From: Balanoglossus misakiensis
Lineage: Eukaryota > Animalia > Hemichordata
Direction: 5' to 3'
NCBI GenBank assembly: GCA_040954595.2
Contig: CM082577.2
Location: 5,630,301-5,694,300, forward strand
DNA length: 64,000 nucleotides
Below the pieces are notes generated by a model. The model ran no database searches. It was not told the origin of the DNA and worked only from the letters and a program-made list of their open reading frames with translations. How positions within the stretch are numbered: position 1 is the stretch's first letter; each line of letters begins with the position of its first letter. Positions 52,788 to 64,000 of this stretch are shown piece after piece. The translations under genes and the position numbers were made by a program.

Positions 52788-55700
52788 ACACCACGATTGT
52801 CCGTCTCCTGAGCGAAATGACGACAGTCAGAATTGAGACCAATTGAGACCGTCGACACAGAAAGGGTGCGTGGGTGGTCAAGGAGCTTGCGAAAGTGAAT
52901 GTTGACGCGCCCCCAACGGCAGCTTTGAGGGGAGTCTGTGCAACTGAATCTTATTTCCCACTCCTACGCCTTCAGCCGTTATATATTGGTACTAACTTTT
53001 TAATACATTTTACAAATAATCACTTTTATTATATAAATACCCATTATGAGTGTGCACAATTTTATCATAGAAAATATATAAAGAAGATATATAGTATGGA
53101 ACATAAATAACCTCTCTTTGATGTGCGATGACGTCACACAAAATTTCGGCGTTTAAATGTACATTTTAGATCATTGACACTTGTACGAGTTATTATAGTT
53201 CATGAAAACTGTTAATATACTGCCGAGGAACATGTGTTCGTTGTAGAACGAAAATTATTTGCATGACAATGGACGTGAAAAGTTAACGAAGTGTACCAAA
53301 TGGAGTGGACTCTAGTTGAAGACGCTGCGGGAGCGACCTCAACGTGCGAAGGTGGTTATTATAGCCGGCTTTTGTTTTATTTTTTTGTGTCCGTGTTTCG
53401 GGAATCTTGGCCGTGTAAGCCCACATGTACCATTTACCTCAATTAAAGGCCTGATTTGCGAACACGTTGCATGTAAAACTGTACCCCCCCCCCGCCACCT
53501 GAGAAAACACCTAGAAGTTGGTTCACTTGACTTAGCTCACCACCGGTCCAGTGAACAAAGTGCCGCATTGCATGAATTATTAAAGCGGGCCATCCGAAAG
53601 GGATTATTATACTGTTTGTAAAAGTAACAGTTACTTCCTGAGGAGGTTTCCGGTGGCTTACTGGTATTCGATGAAACAAAGCAACCTGTTGCTTTTAGTA
53701 TGGTTTACATGGTTCACGAAGAGTCACAATAATGATACAGTTATAAACTTCTTTTAAAAATGACCCTGTATATTTTGTTTTTATTTCTTGACCAAAATCC
53801 ACGTCCACTTTGTGGACTGGCTAGATTTGGGACTACCTCTAGCGTTCATTTTTGCTTCGATTGCTCAGTCGGCGCTGCGCGTAATGATATGCGCCTATTC
53901 ACGAGTCCTTCAAGAAAGAGGGACTGTGGCTTATACGTATATGCACAGGGCTGACTCCGAGCTCACGAGCGACTGTGTTGTGGAGGTACGTTGTGCAAAG
54001 TAGACACTGGTCAGCAGTGCTTTTTTTAAACTCTGTGACTGTGCCGACAAAACTGTTTCTTGAGACAAAGTTATCCGACAATCACACTGCTACTATGATC
54101 CGGCGTATCTGAAATTATTTCGCAATATGTATTTCGTGCATATCGACCTAGATTTCAATATACCCGAGAATACAGATGGAAGAGCAAAAGTACGTGTAAT
54201 AAAAATAAGATCTGAATAGTGAATATGTTCAAGAGGAGATACTGGTGGAAAAATGTTAAAAATTCAGCGAGGGGGAGTTGAAATTCCACGCTATAGTATG
54301 AAGAAAAAAAACTAACCGCCCACAATTAAGCGATATTAGCCAACTCATGACGTCATATAATATAACTGTGTTACAGGAATTTTTTTTACAATACCACCCA
54401 CTCGCATTTTTTTTAATTTGGCATTTTGTAGTTGTTCGGTGAGCACATAGGCCTAACGCCCCTGGCGTTGAGTATTTGCCGGCCATGCCAGAGTAAACCC
54501 GTTCAGTTTCATATTTGACTGTTGAGTTGGCTTCGGCTTGTGACGTAACCGGATCATGCGCAGTCGTACCCTGGGGCCCTGGGTTTTATTTACAGTTGGT
54601 GCGCTGGCATCAAATGATCATGAAGCTAGTCATGCACGTCGGGGTATTTTTGCGGCTAGCAAATTTCCTCTAAATATGCGACGGTTTAGAAAATTGTTTC
54701 TGGGTCGGTACGACGGTAGTAATGGTGGCGCGCAGCTAGGCTAAAAGAGGAAAATAAATAAAAACGGTGTTGGAGGAATGTCAAACTTCTTTGTGATTTT
54801 TATTTAGGAAAACATCATTTATTTTGTAAATTTTGGTTTTCGACTAGACTGAGGTCTATACTCGGAAAACGCGCATGAACAGCACACACTGCGCTCTTCT
54901 GACTGTTACCATGGAATAGTCATGGAACACTTAGAGTGGACAAATTTCAAGTAGACACTTTCCAATGGTGGTGCCAAGGTATGTCGGCTCCCCAAGCCCT
55001 ACATCCCCGAGGAAGTGAACGTGACGTCATGCTTTTGTCTTTTGAATGCTGTGCATGTGACGTATGGCACACTCAACAATCTACCACACATTCTGGGTCA
55101 ATTCTTGGTCAAAATGTGGTCAGTTGAACTTATCAGTCTTCACTATCGTGTATGCATCTTCTGAAACATAGCTTAGGAAGCGTGTGCAGTGGTACACATG
55201 TATTTTCAATGGACGATTCAGGACCGTGTCTATGCATATAACTTGCACTATATTTAGGCCAACCCCGGGAGGCCTGTTGTTCGCGATGTAGGAACTTTTC
55301 CGAAAGAATGGCGCAGTGTTTTTGCCCATCATTCAGCACCGTGTCTGTGACTTACATCCCGGAACTTTGTTTGAACAAATGAAATATTAAACTTCCACGG
55401 TCATTTCCTTTCCATTTCCATACTGCATAGGCCTATACAGCGTCGCTACAAAATGCCAATTATTTAAGTAACCGCGGTCTTCATCGGGCCGGGTGACACG
55501 ATAATTCTGACTTGCATTTTCCTTCATTGCCATCGGCCTCAATCAATCAATTAATTAATGACGTCAACTCAATAGTTAAACTAACATCTTTGTCTCCTTC
55601 AAATCGCTGTAGTAAACTGGGGTGGGTATACACCGTATAAGTACTACATTGTACTCGTAGTACCAGAGGAAGGCGGCGGAACTTTCTGTAAAAGTGTAAA

Positions 55701-56931
55701 GTAACCCGCATTATTTACATTGTGTCAAACCCGCCGTGTGTTTACACATCTTTTCAGGATGAGGTTAAACTGGCGATAAGAAAATAGACCATGGAATAGC
55801 ATACCGCTTTAACATGTTAACAGGGTGCACGACTTGCAATGTTACTAAACTCAGAAAAAAACACCTGTTGCTTTCGGGATGGAAACGATAAAGATTTTCA
55901 CTTGAGTAAAGAAATACCAAACAATGACGCCCCCAGTTGGCCAAGGCAAGTCGAACAGTGCGTCGACTGCAGTTGCCGTCGGCCGGTGAACTTTAAATGA
56001 CATTTCGACGGTTTTCCGCGTAAATTCTAAAGAACTGGTTAGGTACACGACACATAGTGTAAACATGGCTAGAAGAGAAGTCCACAAAGAGAGGTAGGAA
56101 CCATGAAATTTGTCACTGTTGCTTTTTTCACCACGGTGCGGCGACGAAGCCGGAAGTGTATGTACAGTACAGTCGAGAGCGCCCTGAATTACCTGGTCAT
56201 GAATATTAATACCACTGTTGCTATGGTATCAAAACATAAATACCTGTTTACGCTAATCCCGTTAAATATTATGACGATGATGTGACGACAGTAGGGTGAC
56301 CTGGAATTTCACTGTTCCAGTCTGAAATTTGTGGGATGGAGACCCCGCCCACTGAGAGTGTGAGACATTGACTATAAGTCCGATCACGCAGTCAAGCTGG
56401 GAAATTGGAGTACTAAAATGCAAGAACCCCTTACTTTATATCATCTAAACTTCACAACCGATATTTTAACAAGCAGGCCTGCAAAATACCCGATTTTTAG
56501 TTTGGGTCCCCTCTGACACAGACAGGTAAGTAGCTGTGAGCTTGTGTAGGTGTTATATGACACCCCCTGTTGCATAGTGGTACAGTCCTGATAATCAGAA
56601 CCTCCTCACAAAACACTTTAGGCCAATCAGGTGACATCATATCTGACATCGATTTTTCTGCTGTGTTGTATGCAAAGACAGTTATATTATTGTTAGACAT
56701 TTGCCTAGCTTTTCAGTAATCCTCAAGCCTGGCATCACACGTGCAGCAATTGTGTGTACCCTGCACATATTGCGTAAATTCAAATCCAGTCCTGGTTAAA
56801 TCAGTTCAGTCCATGATTTTATTGCTCCATTGTGTTGGGAACTCACTACAGGACAAGACTTTCATATATGTTTTTAACCCTTTTTAAAGTCAGCACGCAA
56901 AATAACCTGAGTGTAGTGAGAACTGGAAGAG

Positions 56932-59900
56932 ATGGCTTCAGGTTTACTTGTACGTTGCATTGTAGGTGCTGCACTGTCGGCGATGGCCCTGCCCGTCGCG
57001 AGCCAGACCGCCAGTTTGCAGCTCAGCGTCACGTGTGCCCCGGGCAGCTTTCTGGACAGACACGGACAGTGTGAGCTTTGCACGGAATGCGTGCATCTCG
57101 CAGACTGCCACCACTGCCGGTTGCAAGACCCGGAGGCCAGTGAGGCCGGGACTTTTCCAGACTGCCCCGAGGGGTTCTTTCCCGACTCCTCCGGTGGCTG
57201 TACCGATTGCCTGCTGTGTGAGCTGAACCCGGGAGTACCAGGATGTCGACGATGTGGTAAGTGCACGTGATTGTTTTTTCCTGCTTCCACTTTTTCTGAC
57301 TGATATGCGTAAATCATTGAAAGAGCCGACGTGTCTCGCACTTAATTACAGCAACAGCAGAATTTCAATTCACAAAATGCACGAAGAAAGAATCAGGGAA
57401 GTCTGGGAAGTGAAAAGAAATGCAAAAAAAGCAAAAGTTAGCACCAGATTTGAAACTATTGAAATAATCTAAAATTATAGAATTATTAAAATTGTGTGTA
57501 AATTTAATATTGAAGTCAACAGTTGCTCATTTCTCTTTGAGACTCTTTGAGGCACCTGTTGCAAAACAGTAAGTATTTTAATTTATTGTGTCTGCAAGCT
57601 TGCAAAAGAAAACATAAAAGCAGCAATTACTGAAGGAAACTTCTTGCTACTCTGTTTTATTTTTTACGGTTTTTGATTTTTTAATAATTTTCAAGTTGAA
57701 TAATTGTCTAAAGTTTTTGTTAGCATCAGCAACTTGTCAAAGAGAGATGGAAACACACTAGTCCTTTTCTACAGTGAGCAAAGGATCCAGTACTCACTGA
57801 GGTGTAAATTGTAAAAATGGAATACCTGTGAATTTAGCGTGAAGGATCTCTACAACTTTTAAGTGGTCCAATTGGTGCCCCCTTTTGTGGCTGTTATTTT
57901 ATTGTCAACGTTACCTGTTACAACAAAGTCAAGTGGGCCACTTCAACAATGTGAGCATCAATTAGAATGGTATATTTGACATTTTTCTCAGTATTGAGGG
58001 GAAGACAATGAATGATATTATCTAAGTTTTTCGCTCCTACACAAACGTGGTTAAGCTGTTATAACAACCAGTTCACGTGTTTCTTTTTACGCGGGTGGCC
58101 CACGCCAAAAATCATAATGCCCAAGTTTTATTTCTTCTTCGGCAAAATGCCCCCTTTGTTTCAGACGGCATTCTGTCAGCAAAGGCCTGAATCATGTCTG
58201 GTATGGAGAGAATGTCGGCTAATCTAATTTGCATAATTAACACAATTGGAAGGGGTTGCCGCAGGTGTTGACTTACAGGGAGGAGGAACGAACTACAAAA
58301 GTCGCCGGCGGTTTGGAACAAACGTACCGGCTTTGTTTAGTGTTAATCTCCTGTTAAATACGTTTGATGGTAATGAGGGATGCTTATTGTGATGGCCCTG
58401 GGAAACCTCTTTTTTTGTTTTCTGTTCCGTGCCTGTCACTTGTAGGTCCACATTGTGTCGGGCCTACTGGTAAGCTTTAACGCATCATTGTACCGGAGAA
58501 AGGTGCGTTTTGTCCCATTTTCAAGTTCCGATCCCCAGCCCCCTCCCCCCCCCCCCCCACACACACACAACTATGAACTAAAGCCCTCCTTTTTCAATCA
58601 GCGCTGAAGTCACTGTTGTTTGTAAATCAGATTTATTTTCGTACTCGCAAAAGCAGAGGCGGTTTGAAAGATAGCCGCATTTGCGAACCTAATCTATGGC
58701 CCACGTGAGTCCCACTCTTGAAATAAGTGCATACTGTTATTTTTTCATCATTGCATGTTTACAAAATAAAAAAAGCATCCGAGGAATGTACCATGTTTTG
58801 TCAACTGGTGGATAAAAAAAATTGTGGGTCGAGCGTAAGATGTCGAGTCAGTACCACATCAAAAGAGTTTTTGATTCCGCGATAACGGCGGTATTTCCTG
58901 TCCCAGATTATAGTCGGTGGCTCAATCAGAAAGTTTCATTCTACAAACACAGGTGACTCAGATTAAGTACATTTACAAGGAAATGAACACAAGGCAGCTT
59001 CCTATTTCTATTTAGACTCATTTGTATGTCGTGGTGGTTTTTGAAGTTTTTTTTTTATTCGGGTTTAATGATTAATTCAGCTGGCGTGTCAGGTCAGTGG
59101 GGTTTACACAGGGTGATGGTGTCCTATTGTGCAGCCGATCACTTCAAGGTACCATTGCCAGTGAGAAAGACAAACAAGTGCAAGGTTTCACAAACATCAC
59201 GGATTAAAATAATCTGGGGCTGCATGAACCGGCAACACGACATGGGGAATCCCCGGGCCCCCCAGACGCGCGACAGAGTCTAGGTCTAATCGCTTTTAGT
59301 TCGTGCGGTAGACTCTGTACCCAGCGTGGCGCTGGCGGGTCCCCCCTAAGACTTCCTGAATGCCACGGTGTCGGGCAACACGAAATGTGAACGGAAGAAA
59401 CGATAAATACACGGATTACTGATAAAAATCTCCTTCACAGAAAGTGCCAGCTGGATTGAGTTTGATACATAATCTGCTGTTTTCTCTACCGAAAGTGTCA
59501 ACAGGTGTCGAGTGATGAGAATATGCCGAATGTTTGATCGCCGGAAAAAATAAAATTTGGGAGACAGTTGCACCGGAATCGGGTGCACTCAGCCAGCCCG
59601 AGGAATGCAGCCGGATAATTTGAACAACCGACAGCTGGAAAAATATTCGTGAATTTAAATACACTATGCCCCACTGCCATTTTTATTGCCAATGTCAGAT
59701 ATTTAGCCGACTGATGCAATGTATATATATATGTGGTAATGTCTATTGAACGCGTAGATCTGTATTTAAGTTGTCGTAGTGTATGTACACTACACACGTT
59801 CTTTTCTGATAAGACTCTGGTAAGATGTGATTAACTTTAAAGCACAGAGAAAAAAACATTTTGGCATTTTTGTTGTTGAATAGTGTTGAGATATTTGTTA

Positions 59901-60568
59901 TGCCCTAAGGAGAAACGCAGTTATGTCAAATAACTTTGCATTGTTTCTTAACTCTGAAAGACTGCTAGATTACTGTATTATGTAAATAGTCACTGTTTAA
60001 TGGTATTTTGCAAGAATGTCAGTGTTAGTACATTTCTGTATTACTATTTATACATTTTGTCACCAATTCCTCAGAATTCATTGGAATGTTGACATCTGTA
60101 TAATGAAGCCAAAATTTCAAAAGTGCACTTTGTGTAAAAACCAAGTAAAGGAGTACATGGTCATTATTTCTTGAAAAGGGATGGTTTTGATGGTCAGTTA
60201 TTTTATTCACCAAGGCAAACTATACTATCCTAATTTTTCTCTCTTTCCATGCCATGAGATAGAGTCTTAAAATATGAGGATTGATTGAAAAGGTGATTAC
60301 AAAGTTGAAAAACAAATTGCATGATTTTCCTTTCTTTCTTGCTGAAAGGTGGGTGGGGGTGGGGAGAGAATTCATGACCACAAACAAGTCTAAAGGTTAA
60401 TTGTCTGAAATTATTTCATTTACATGCAAAAATTCGAGATATGTCTGGAACCAGTGAGATGCAAATTTTGTCATGTTTTTTAGCACACATACCACAAATG
60501 TTGTTATGAAAAAGCTGAGCTGCGTAAACAAAAGTGTATCTATTTATAAAGCTGAACCCAAAAAGAAA

Positions 60569-60607
<39 letters not shown>

Positions 60608-63600
60608 AATGTGTGTGTGTTTAGATTTGTTTGGATTTGGATGATGACAGCTAAGCTTGGCAACAACATTAATTCTCTTTGTGAGCTATTGACTTGATGA
60701 TACCCGTGCTGTGACATCACTGGTGTTTTTGCAAAAAAAACGTGTGCTGGATACAAATGAGAGATCTATGTGATTCCAATGGTGTTTACGCTTCCCCGGG
60801 TGAAGTATGCAAATCGGTGTTTGGTTGTTTATTTGTGTTTATTTGGCTGTTGCTGTGGATGCAGCCAGTGATTATTTGTTTACCATCTCAAGGTCCCCCC
60901 TGGTGGTATTGTACCTTTTGAGATGGGTCAGTTGATTTCGTGTCACACTGAATGGATGGCATATAGTGGAGGGTTTTAGTCTGTTGGTCATTAGTATTAG
61001 TTTAATAGTATTAAAAACACTAATTTTTTTAATTGTCTGTGGGCAGCCAGTTGACAGTCAGAAAGCACAGTTCTACAGAGTCAGTCAGTCAGTGGGTCAG
61101 TCAGTCAGTCTGTCAGTCAGTCAATCAATCAATCAATCAATCTAAAAGTTGAAAGCTGGACAATTTTAAGAAGGGCAAATGTTTGGACAAAGAGATGTTT
61201 AACTGAGCCAGGCAAAAGTGATGATTGCCAACAGGTTCAGTGGTGAGGTTTTTGTTTTGGCAGCATGATGTACACAAACATCGCCTGACCTCTCTCTGTT
61301 GACATCATATTTCAACAAGAGGCATGTCTGAGTCATCTTTTGGCACACCAGTAATTGAGGTGAACAAGGAAATGTAGCAAGTTGTGCATGCACACCGCCC
61401 TGTGTGTGACACTCGGTGCAGCGTGGAATCTTACCAACAGTTATAGAAAGCATGCAGGCCAGGCCCCTAGTTCTGTTGTTGCTCGGCTATTTCAGAGAAA
61501 ACCCCTCCCCTGCCTTGGGGGATGACATCAGCGGCTAAGTTTAGAAAGCCAGCCTGCTGGGTATATAAACCTTGGTTCAACTGATAACTAGACATTTGTC
61601 ATTGTTCGTCAGCTTGGATGATGATGAGGCAAGCAGCACACGCCGGACTTGCTTAATGTGTGTGATGATCTCACAGAGATGTTTATCAGCCAAGGTAATG
61701 CCACTGTATTTGTGTTACAAGGGCAGCTTTTAAAAACGATAAGTAAAAAAAATTAATCAAAGTTTTTCTCTGATAATTTCCTAATCACTATTCATTATAG
61801 ATACATAGATTCGGTGATTTTAACATTATCTTTGTAACTTTTGTACGAAAGCAAGAAGCTTTACTAAATTTACCTGAAAAGTATAATGCGTAGAAAATTG
61901 TAGAGAAGAGATTCTCAGCTTTGAGCAAATAATTTTTATACCTGTATGAAACATATTGGTCACACCAATTCTGCTGATTGTGAAAGAAAGAGTGAATCTG
62001 TATTCAGGGATATGACATAAGTTTACACAACTGATTAAATTTTGAAAGTGTCGCAATAATCTTGTTTTGTATGGCGGCCAATATCGTACCAAGTTCAAAG
62101 GTTATTTTCGACATTACCACTGTCTGTATTTTATTGTGCAATACTATCGTGCATGCAGTCTGTAATCCATAAAACTTCGGTATATCTAGCTTCATGAAAT
62201 ACTATCATATTTTATGTGGTGTTTCATATGGAGTGAGTGATTTCTTGTTTAATCCAAAATAGTTGTGACTTAATAATAAGGGTACTAATATAAGTATGAT
62301 ACCATGTTGAAACTGCACGTTCATTTTTTGTCATGCAAAGATGTTAAAAAAGAACTTGCATAATGCTGAGATTCAGGAACAATGGGGTCACTGAATACGT
62401 CACTGTCACTGACGCGACTTTCTCGAAAGGAGGCGTGAGGTGCCTTGGTCAGTTCTATTTTTAGCATGTCTGAGTCACCCCTAAGGGGTAACTGTTTATC
62501 TACATCTGCATGGGAACCAGAATAACAACGCTGCAAGGTCAAAGTTCAACCAGGGTCACCCGCTCACTCTGACATTGCAAGTTCAAGTGGCAATTCACAG
62601 CATTGAAAATTTCGACGTCCAAATGGTCTAGAAGATTTTTTAAATTCAGTATTTTCTGTATTTCTCTTGAAGGTACAGAAACTCCTCCACAAGAAGCTGC
62701 CACCCAGGACCCGTTCACCACGACAGCTGTCTTGCCGTTTTTCGTGGAACTCCCAAAACTACAGGCGTTGCGGAATGGACCCAGTGGACAGGGCAGACAG
62801 AGCGAGCTGTTGGCTGATACACTTCACGCTCCAGGTAAGGACCTTGTGACCTTCTGTGATCTTTCTTGAGAGCCAGAGTTCGATTTCGCTCTGCGAACCA
62901 ATGCAAAAATAATGCAGTAGCTGTAAAGGGGCTTGTGGTTTGCGATGATGTCTGTGACTTGTTGCATCCAAATATACATGTCATATTGTGAGATTAAATG
63001 TATATGGTGTATTACCACCTTTTGAAGAGGAAAAAAGAAAACTAATCAATCTCACACATAGAGACATAGACACTTTGATGACAGACAGCATACTGATTTA
63101 TTAATAACACAGTTAATATTATATTGAAGGAGAGTTTTCCTTGTTCTGGCTTCTTGATGCATCTTTTAGCCATCATAAACTCCACCTAACTTTATACTTA
63201 TTTCTGTCTAACATTTCAGACCCACTCGAACAAGATGATGATATCATGGATAATTATCTCCTCGGTGCTGGCGTCATAGCAACCATTGTCCTCTCATTCG
63301 TCGCCATATTCCTGGCGTTCAACGTCACCCGGGGCGTGCGTCAACAAGTTGGTCGAGCGAGGACAGCGAGGAGACAGTCCTACCAGTACAGCAGTAAGTG
63401 TATAACTTTATCGTTGTCGTATTTTGGATTTTGGCCGACTGATGTTCGCATGTGCGTTTTTGCTGATGCATACTGAGGAGGCATAACATCCCCGTGGGCA
63501 GTGGTGATAAGCTGTATAGAGGGCAATTCATCAAGCTTTAAGACGTTTGAACAAGAAACTATGGTTGGTACAAGCAACACAATTGTTGAAAAATAGCCAA

Positions 63601-64000
63601 AGGTAACAGCAACAATGGACCTTCAGTAAATGTTTTTTTGTTTCGCTTTTTGTTTTCTATCGCAGCGTCGATTCATTCCAAGAACAACCGAGCCGTCGTA
63701 CAACTTCACAGTTTTCGGGAAGCCAGACGAGACAGTCCCGTTCACTACAAAGTTCCGTCTTCCCGACCGAGCAGCAGCAGCAGCAGCGGTCGACCGATGG
63801 TCAAACCGAAGTACTACAAAGTTTACCTGCCTCGGAAAGACGCACTGCAAGCCGGCAAGCAACTACGGGAGAACCCGTCGCATTTTGTACAGATCCACAG
63901 GACCACGCAACAACCAAAGCCCCACCACCTCCGCCACGAGGCTGGCAAAGCAGCGCCCCCAACGACACACTGCCAAAAGACTGAACAGTACCCCCAGTTT
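56932..64000 (+). CDS. Type I membrane protein with two TNFR-like cysteine-rich repeats (TNF receptor superfamily-like), 3' truncated; exons 56932-57256, 62673-62834, 63220-63393, 63666->64000
   Basis: Signal peptide MASGLLVRCIVGAALSAMALPVAS. Repeats CAPGSFLDRHGQCELCTECVHLADCHHC and CPEGFFPDSSGGCTDCLLCELNPGVPGCRRC (C-x-x-G-x-F-x-D...C-x-x-C-x-x-C...C-x-x-C). A Thr/Pro stalk exon, TM LLGAGVIATIVLSFVAIFLAF and a basic Ser/Tyr-containing tail follow. All introns are GT-AG, phase 1. Family assignment rests on Cys spacing only. Confidence 0.75.
60570..60606. repeat. Poly-G tract (37 G); shorter G/C runs at 2886-2906, about 36614-36629 and about 58545-58558
   Basis: Directly visible. Confidence 0.95.
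61079..61141. repeat. (CAGT)n grading into (CAAT)n tetranucleotide microsatellite
   Basis: Directly visible. Confidence 0.9.

Overview
Eukaryotic (metazoan, probably marine invertebrate; taxon is an inference) genomic DNA: AT-rich, with GT-AG introns, microsatellites, MITE/SINE/LINE remnants and no operons. Most short ORFs in the track are noise, so I rebuilt genes by hand from splice sites and reading phase. All six are on the + strand: (1) the last two exons of endonuclease V (ENDOV); (2) a single-coding-exon class A neuropeptide GPCR (NPFF/SIFamide/orexin-receptor-like) with NRF in place of DRY; (3) a 7-exon, 337-aa secreted proteinase K/aqualysin-type subtilase; (4,5) two tandem paralogous 3-exon genes for small type I membrane proteins (117 and 126 aa) that I do not recognise; (6) a TNF-receptor-like Cys-rich membrane protein running off the window end. 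The main discovery is gene 3. All three catalytic triad residues (Asp, His, Ser) are replaced by Ala, the oxyanion Asn is Asp and the I9 propeptide is absent, yet the ORF, splice phases and a structural disulfide are intact, so it looks like a maintained secreted pseudoprotease. It sits directly upstream of the three membrane-protein genes.
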